Assembly: GCA_028693955.1 (NCBI GenBank)
Contig: JAQUUH010000002.1
Location: 75,264-129,838, forward strand
Length of the DNA: 54,575 nucleotides
Source: Bacilli bacterium
Lineage (GTDB): Bacteria > Bacillota_I > Bacilli_A > RFN20 > UBA1709
Direction of reading: 5' to 3'
Below, in pieces: positions 50,409-54,575 of this stretch. Within the stretch, counting starts at the first letter, position 1; every line of letters starts with the position of its first letter. The notes beneath the pieces were generated by a model. That model made no database searches. It had not been told where the DNA came from and worked only from the letters and a program-made list of their open reading frames with translations. The translations under genes and the position numbers were made by a program.

Positions 50409-51760
50409 TATCTAACAAAATTTATAAAAGATTTAACCATCACACCTGTAGCAAGACTATCTTTGGATGCAGTTCCCGCAATATCGAGGTGAATCCATTT
50501 TGTGTCATCTTGAATAAATTGCTTTAAGAAAATAGCGGCAGTAGAAGCGCCAGCAGCAGGTATGCCAGCAGAATTTTTCATATCGGCGACTGTACTTTTT
50601 AGCAATTTAAAATAAGGATCATGTAATGGAAGTTGCCATACATTCTCATCTGATAATCTAGAAGTTTTTTTGAACTCTTTTAAAAATGTTTCATTGTTAG
50701 TAAAAGAGGCTGTGAATTCTCCTCCAAATGTGTTTGCAGCAGATCCTGTTAATGTAGCAATATCAATAATTTTTTTAGCTCCTTGTTTTTGTGCATACCA
50801 TAATACATCACAAAGAACTAATCTTCCTTCAGCATCAGTAGATGTTATTTCTATTGTTTTACCACTCATTGAAGTTAGTATATCGTCAGGAACAATAGAT
50901 TCTGGGCTTAAACGATTATCAGTGGCTCCAATTATACCCATGACATTAACAGGTAAATCTAGTTCTGCAATTCCTTTTAATGCTCCAATAACACTTGCAG
51001 AACCAGCCATATCTGTTTTCATATTAATCATGTTTCTTTTAAGGGAATATCCGCCAGTATCAAAGGTTATACCTTTACCAACAAAACAAGTTGGATCTTC
51101 AAATTTTTTTAATCCTTGATATTTTATAACAATTAATCTAGGTTTATAAAAACTTCCTTTGTTAACTCCAAGAAATGCTCCCATTTTTTGTTTTGCAAGA
51201 TAAAATTCATCATATATTTCTACTTTAATTTTTTTGAAATTAGCAAAAGCTAAAGTTGTATATTCGGCAAGTTGTTCGGCATTTAAATAGTTACTTGGTT
51301 CATTTACAAGGTGTTTTGCTATATTAATACTATTGCCTATTATTTCTCCGGTATGAATTTTATTTTTAGCTTCTATGTTTTCACAAATAATAGTTATATT
51401 GGAGTTTAGTTCTTCTTTTTTAGATTTATGAGTTTGTTCAATGTAATTTTCACTAGTAAAAGTAGTAGCTATTTTTTCAAGATATTCAACACCATTCACA
51501 AAAGAATCAATTAAAATAGAAGCATTTTTAATTTTAACCATTTCTTTAATTGAGGCTTTAGTTATTTCTTTGTCAAAAAGATATATTTTTCTAGCTTTTA
51601 TTAAGTTTAATGTAGTAATAACATCATTATTTGCAAAAGATTCAAGTTTTTTATTTAATGCAAGATTTAAATTTTTAAAAATTGCATTATCTTTGTCAAG
51701 GCCAACTATTATATTGCCTTCAATTTCATCAATATTTAATATATTTTTAAGTGTAATCAT
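50408..51760 (-). CDS. pepA: Leucyl aminopeptidase (M17)
   Basis: VGKGITFDTGGYSLK and STDAEGRLVLCD (NTDAEGRL signature variant). Confidence 0.9.
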   Translation of the reverse strand: MITLKNILNIDEIEGNIIVGLDKDNAIFKNLNLALNKKLESFANNDVITTLNLIKARKIYLFDKEITKASIKEMVKIKNASILIDSFVNGVEYLEKIATTFTSENYIEQTHKSKKEELNSNITIICENIEAKNKIHTGEIIGNSINIAKHLVNEPSNYLNAEQLAEYTTLAFANFKKIKVEIYDEFYLAKQKMGAFLGVNKGSFYKPRLIVIKYQGLKKFEDPTCFVGKGITFDTGGYSLKRNMINMKTDMAGSASVIGALKGIAELDLPVNVMGIIGATDNRLSPESIVPDDILTSMSGKTIEITSTDAEGRLVLCDVLWYAQKQGAKKIIDIATLTGSAANTFGGEFTASFTNNETFLKEFKKTSRLSDENVWQLPLHDPYFKLLKSTVADMKNSAGIPAAGASTAAIFLKQFIQDDTKWIHLDIAGTASKDSLATGVMVKSFINFVR

Positions 51761-51831
51761 AATATTTCCCCCCCTAGTAGTGCAAATAATTATACCACCA
51801 ATAATAAAATAAATGTAGATAAAAAATAAAA

Positions 51832-51859
51832 TTGAGAAAGTGTATAAAAATGTTATAAT
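51832..51859 (+). promoter_or_regulatory. Promoter of the zinc-ribbon/DUF2085 pair (extended -10)
   Basis: TTGAGA (51832-51837), 16 nt, TGtTATAAT (TATAAT 51854-51859). Confidence 0.6.
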
Positions 51860-51886
51860 ATAAAAAATAAAAAAGGAGTGATAAAA

Positions 51887-52258
51887 ATGAGGAAAAGATG
51901 TCCTAAATGTAATTCTTTACTCTATAATGATGAAAAAACTTGCCCATATTGTGGAACAAGTTTAGAAAAAGAACCAGAAATAATAGATATTACTCCTGAA
52001 GAAGATAGTAAAAAAGAAAGTGAAGATAATCAAGATCAGCACGAACATATACATGATGATAATCAAGAGGTTACTTGTCCAAGATGTGGTTCAAATAAAA
52101 TATCCTTTGTTAGTGTAAATTCTGGACCAGATTATAGTGCAATGGGAGGATGTTGTGGTTTTATTGTTTTTGGTCCACTTGGACTTTTATGTGGATTAAC
52201 AAATAAGAATAAAAATAAGATTATTAGGAAGTGTCTAAATTGTGGAAATGAATTTTAA
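51887..52258 (+). CDS. Zinc-ribbon protein with C-terminal LITAF/SIMPLE-like membrane-inserting zinc ribbon
   Basis: N-terminal CPKC..CPYC ribbon, acidic/His-rich linker, then CPRC-(48 aa including the hydrophobic GGCCGFIVFGPLGLLCGL)-CLNC. ATG 51887 after AAGGAG. Confidence 0.6.
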   Translation: MRKRCPKCNSLLYNDEKTCPYCGTSLEKEPEIIDITPEEDSKKESEDNQDQHEHIHDDNQEVTCPRCGSNKISFVSVNSGPDYSAMGGCCGFIVFGPLGLLCGLTNKNKNKIIRKCLNCGNEF

Positions 52259-52625
52259 ATCAGTTAGCAAGAAACAAGAAAGAGTTTGGATTAAACTTAT
52301 GAATTATGGTAACAAACTTGGCTGTCACCAAATAAGTGAGCGCTCATTTTTCTATAAGGGATTTCAGTTTCCTTTATGTGCTAGATGTACAGGAATAGTG
52401 ATTGGTGAGATTTTGCTTGCTCCATTATCATTGTTATTTTTTGAAACTCCATATTGGGTCAGTATTATTTTCATATTAATCATGGCAGTTGACGGGGGAC
52501 TACAATATTTCAATATTTTGCAGTCAAATAATATAAGGAGATTAATAACGGGGATATTAGCTGGTTATGGATATACAAATTTATTAATATTTTTCATAAA
52601 ATTAATCATTAATTTATTAAAATAA
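52248..52625 (+). CDS. DUF2085 membrane protein
   Basis: LGCHQISERSFFYKGFQFPLCARCTG motif followed by about 4 TM. Overlaps the upstream stop. The start is uncertain (GTG 52242, ATG 52248 or ATG 52299). Confidence 0.65.
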   Translation: MNFKSVSKKQERVWIKLMNYGNKLGCHQISERSFFYKGFQFPLCARCTGIVIGEILLAPLSLLFFETPYWVSIIFILIMAVDGGLQYFNILQSNNIRRLITGILAGYGYTNLLIFFIKLIINLLK

Positions 52626-52651
52626 AAACCACTAAATTATATAGTGGTTTT
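52625..52651. terminator. Bidirectional terminator between DUF2085 and potD
   Basis: AAAACCACTA-aattata-TAGTGGTTTT. Confidence 0.8.
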
Positions 52652-52658
52652 TATTTAT

Positions 52659-53798
52659 TTAAGAAGCTTTAACTCTAGACCAAGCACTTTCAATTGCTTG
52701 TTTTGTTGGGCCATCATATTTATATACTTCATCTTTAGGACTAGTTATAACAGAATAAACATTAATTAAGCGTTCATCTTCTAGATTTGCCATTACATCA
52801 TTATATACTTCTTTTAATGGTGAAGTATAACCAACCCATTCGGTATTTAGCAAACCATTTTCATAACTTAGCATATGAGATATAAACTTATATGCCATCT
52901 CTTTATTTTGAGCATTTTTAGGAATGATCATTCCATCCCAACAAATATCTGTTCCTTTTTCAGGATTGTAGAAATTGATACTACTATTAGCATCCATAAT
53001 TGTAAAAGCATCACCAGAAAACACCATGGCTACATCATAAAGCCCATTAGGAACATCATCAATTACTTCATCAATTAAATAGGCAATTTGTGTTCCCATT
53101 GTGTCTTTTTGTTGTTTCAACCATTGTTCTGCTTGAGCAATCTCATCAAGATTTGTAGTATTACTTGAGTATCCCAATTGTTTTAAGGCTACCATGAAGG
53201 CATCTCTTGAGGATTCTCTCATAGCTCCTTTATATTCAGGAGTTCTTAAAATATCCCATTGCTTTTCTTCTATTTCTTCTTTTGATATTACATCACTATT
53301 ATAAACAAGAGTAATGTTTTGAAAGAAATATGGAGCAGCATATTTTAAATAATCAAAATCTTGTTCGTTTTTCATTATTTGTAGATGGTTATATAAAGGA
53401 TTTATTAAATCTCTTTGAGAATCAAAAGCAACTTCTTGACCATCTTTATTAGTAACAATTATTTTAGACCAATCTAGTTCTTCTAAGCGATCTTCTTCAA
53501 CTAGTTGTTGAACGGCAACCTCACTTGGAAAGATGATATCAAAAGATTGAAGTCTCATTTTTGTTATTACAGTTTCATTATCAGGGAATGTTGAAATATT
53601 TACGCAAACATTATACTTTTCTTCAAATGATTCAATGGTTGCATAGTCCATGTATTCTCCCCAATTATAGATATTTAATTTTTCTTTTGAAAGACAACCT
53701 ATCATTCTTTCAATAGCACAACTACTTATTAAAGGAGTTAATGATACAAGTAAGCAAGAAATTAAGATGTTACTAAATATTTTATTCTTCTTCATCAT
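52659..53798 (-). CDS. potD: Spermidine/putrescine ABC transporter substrate-binding lipoprotein PotD
   Basis: Signal peptide with lipobox LISSC. PotD-like core (LNIYNWGEYMD..). Start at the ATGATG at 53798/53795, overlapping the potC end. The track start at 53831 is less likely. Confidence 0.83.
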   Translation of the reverse strand: MMKKNKIFSNILISCLLVSLTPLISSCAIERMIGCLSKEKLNIYNWGEYMDYATIESFEEKYNVCVNISTFPDNETVITKMRLQSFDIIFPSEVAVQQLVEEDRLEELDWSKIIVTNKDGQEVAFDSQRDLINPLYNHLQIMKNEQDFDYLKYAAPYFFQNITLVYNSDVISKEEIEEKQWDILRTPEYKGAMRESSRDAFMVALKQLGYSSNTTNLDEIAQAEQWLKQQKDTMGTQIAYLIDEVIDDVPNGLYDVAMVFSGDAFTIMDANSSINFYNPEKGTDICWDGMIIPKNAQNKEMAYKFISHMLSYENGLLNTEWVGYTSPLKEVYNDVMANLEDERLINVYSVITSPKDEVYKYDGPTKQAIESAWSRVKAS

Positions 53799-54570
53799 TA
53801 AAATCACGCTTCTTTCTTTTAATAATTCCATTAATTACAAGAACCAAAACGACTCCTGTTATCAATATTGTTGATAGGGCATTTATTGTTGGCTCAAGTC
53901 TTCTAAGAGTATATAAATATATTGATATGTTATTTACTGTTCCAGCAGTGAAATAAGAAATAACAAAGTCATCAAAAGATAATGTAAAACAAATTGAAAT
54001 AGCAGCAATTATTACAGACTTTATTTGAGGAATGATTACTTTCCAAATTGTTGCCATTGGTGTTGCACCTAAATCTAATGAAGCCTCTACAATATTATCA
54101 TCTAAACTTCTTAGTTTTGGATAAATAGTAATAATGACATAAGGTATCGTAAATGTAATATGAGCCAGAATCATTGTTATATACCCTTGGCCTATTCCTA
54201 AAGAAAGGAAGAGTAGTAGTAATGCAACAGCTGTTACAATTTCAGGATTTACCATTGGTATATTATTAAGTGCTAATAATCCATCTCTTAAGACTTTACG
54301 CATTCTAGATATTGCAATTGCAGCAATTGTACCTATTATTGTTGAAATAATAGTAGTAACAACAGCGACAAAAACAGTATTTAATATTGCTTGAATTACT
54401 TGACTATCATCAAATAATTTTTGATACCATTCAAAACTGAAACTTTCGAAATTTGTTAATGAACGATCTGAGTTAAAAGAAAATATCATTAACGAAATTA
54501 TCGGAGCATAACAAAATATTAAGACTAGGATTACATAGAAATTTGCAAAATTAAATTTACGTTTTTTCAT
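53782..54570 (-). CDS. potC: Spermidine/putrescine ABC transporter permease PotC
   Basis: 6 TM. EAA loop EASLDLGATPMATIWKVIIPQ. The TAA of an upstream (potB-like) ORF lies at 54572-54574, at the window edge. Confidence 0.88.
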   Translation of the reverse strand: MKKRKFNFANFYVILVLIFCYAPIISLMIFSFNSDRSLTNFESFSFEWYQKLFDDSQVIQAILNTVFVAVVTTIISTIIGTIAAIAISRMRKVLRDGLLALNNIPMVNPEIVTAVALLLLFLSLGIGQGYITMILAHITFTIPYVIITIYPKLRSLDDNIVEASLDLGATPMATIWKVIIPQIKSVIIAAISICFTLSFDDFVISYFTAGTVNNISIYLYTLRRLEPTINALSTILITGVVLVLVINGIIKRKKRDFNDEEE

Positions 54571-54575
54571 ATTAA

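Overview
This is a very AT-rich, densely packed bacterial chromosome segment. It uses the standard genetic code: TGA is a stop (e.g. 1783-1785), Trp is TGG, and most stops are TAA. Lipoprotein lipoboxes are present. The content looks like a reduced low-GC Bacillota or Mollicutes-related genome (Acholeplasma/Erysipelotrichia-like), but the taxon cannot be determined from the window.

I can support about 63 protein genes, nearly all housekeeping:
- folD, an MscS channel, DUF951, csp, ychF
- folC-folT, ung, a TPP riboswitch with thiT
- tsaE-tsaB-rimI-tsaD, a T-box with asnS, pcrA-ligA-smr
- a PhnDCEE-type ABC importer
- rpsF-ssb-rpsR-yybS-gdpP-rplI-dnaB-walJ-htrA-htrA'-rlmH
- a CDF transporter, a cyclophilin, a TetR-regulated ABC exporter, pepA and potCD

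I saw no rRNA or tRNA genes, CRISPR arrays, transposases, integrases or phage genes. The gene order resembles the origin-proximal backbone of Bacillus, with blocks inserted into it.

I found no clear novel system. The candidates most worth a second look are:
1. A four-gene, membrane-only operon (24223-26609) headed by a second DUF2232/YybS-like paralog and ending in a 2TM + bacterial PH-domain protein.
2. A zinc-ribbon protein whose C-terminal half matches the eukaryote-type LITAF/SIMPLE membrane-inserting zinc ribbon, with identical knuckle spacing. Its gene overlaps a DUF2085 membrane protein gene (51887-52625).
3. A self-contained promoter-to-terminator module (2011-7509) holding two divergent MacB-architecture NBD-FtsX fusion proteins plus a GT28 glycolipid synthase. 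It sits inside what looks like a synteny break.
4. A lipoprotein HtrA paralog that has lost the catalytic His and Ser, directly downstream of an intact HtrA (44440-45699).
5. A structured, unclassified 5' leader in front of a compositionally atypical PhnD-like importer.

All product calls come from motif and architecture recognition by eye. No database search, fold prediction or statistics were run.
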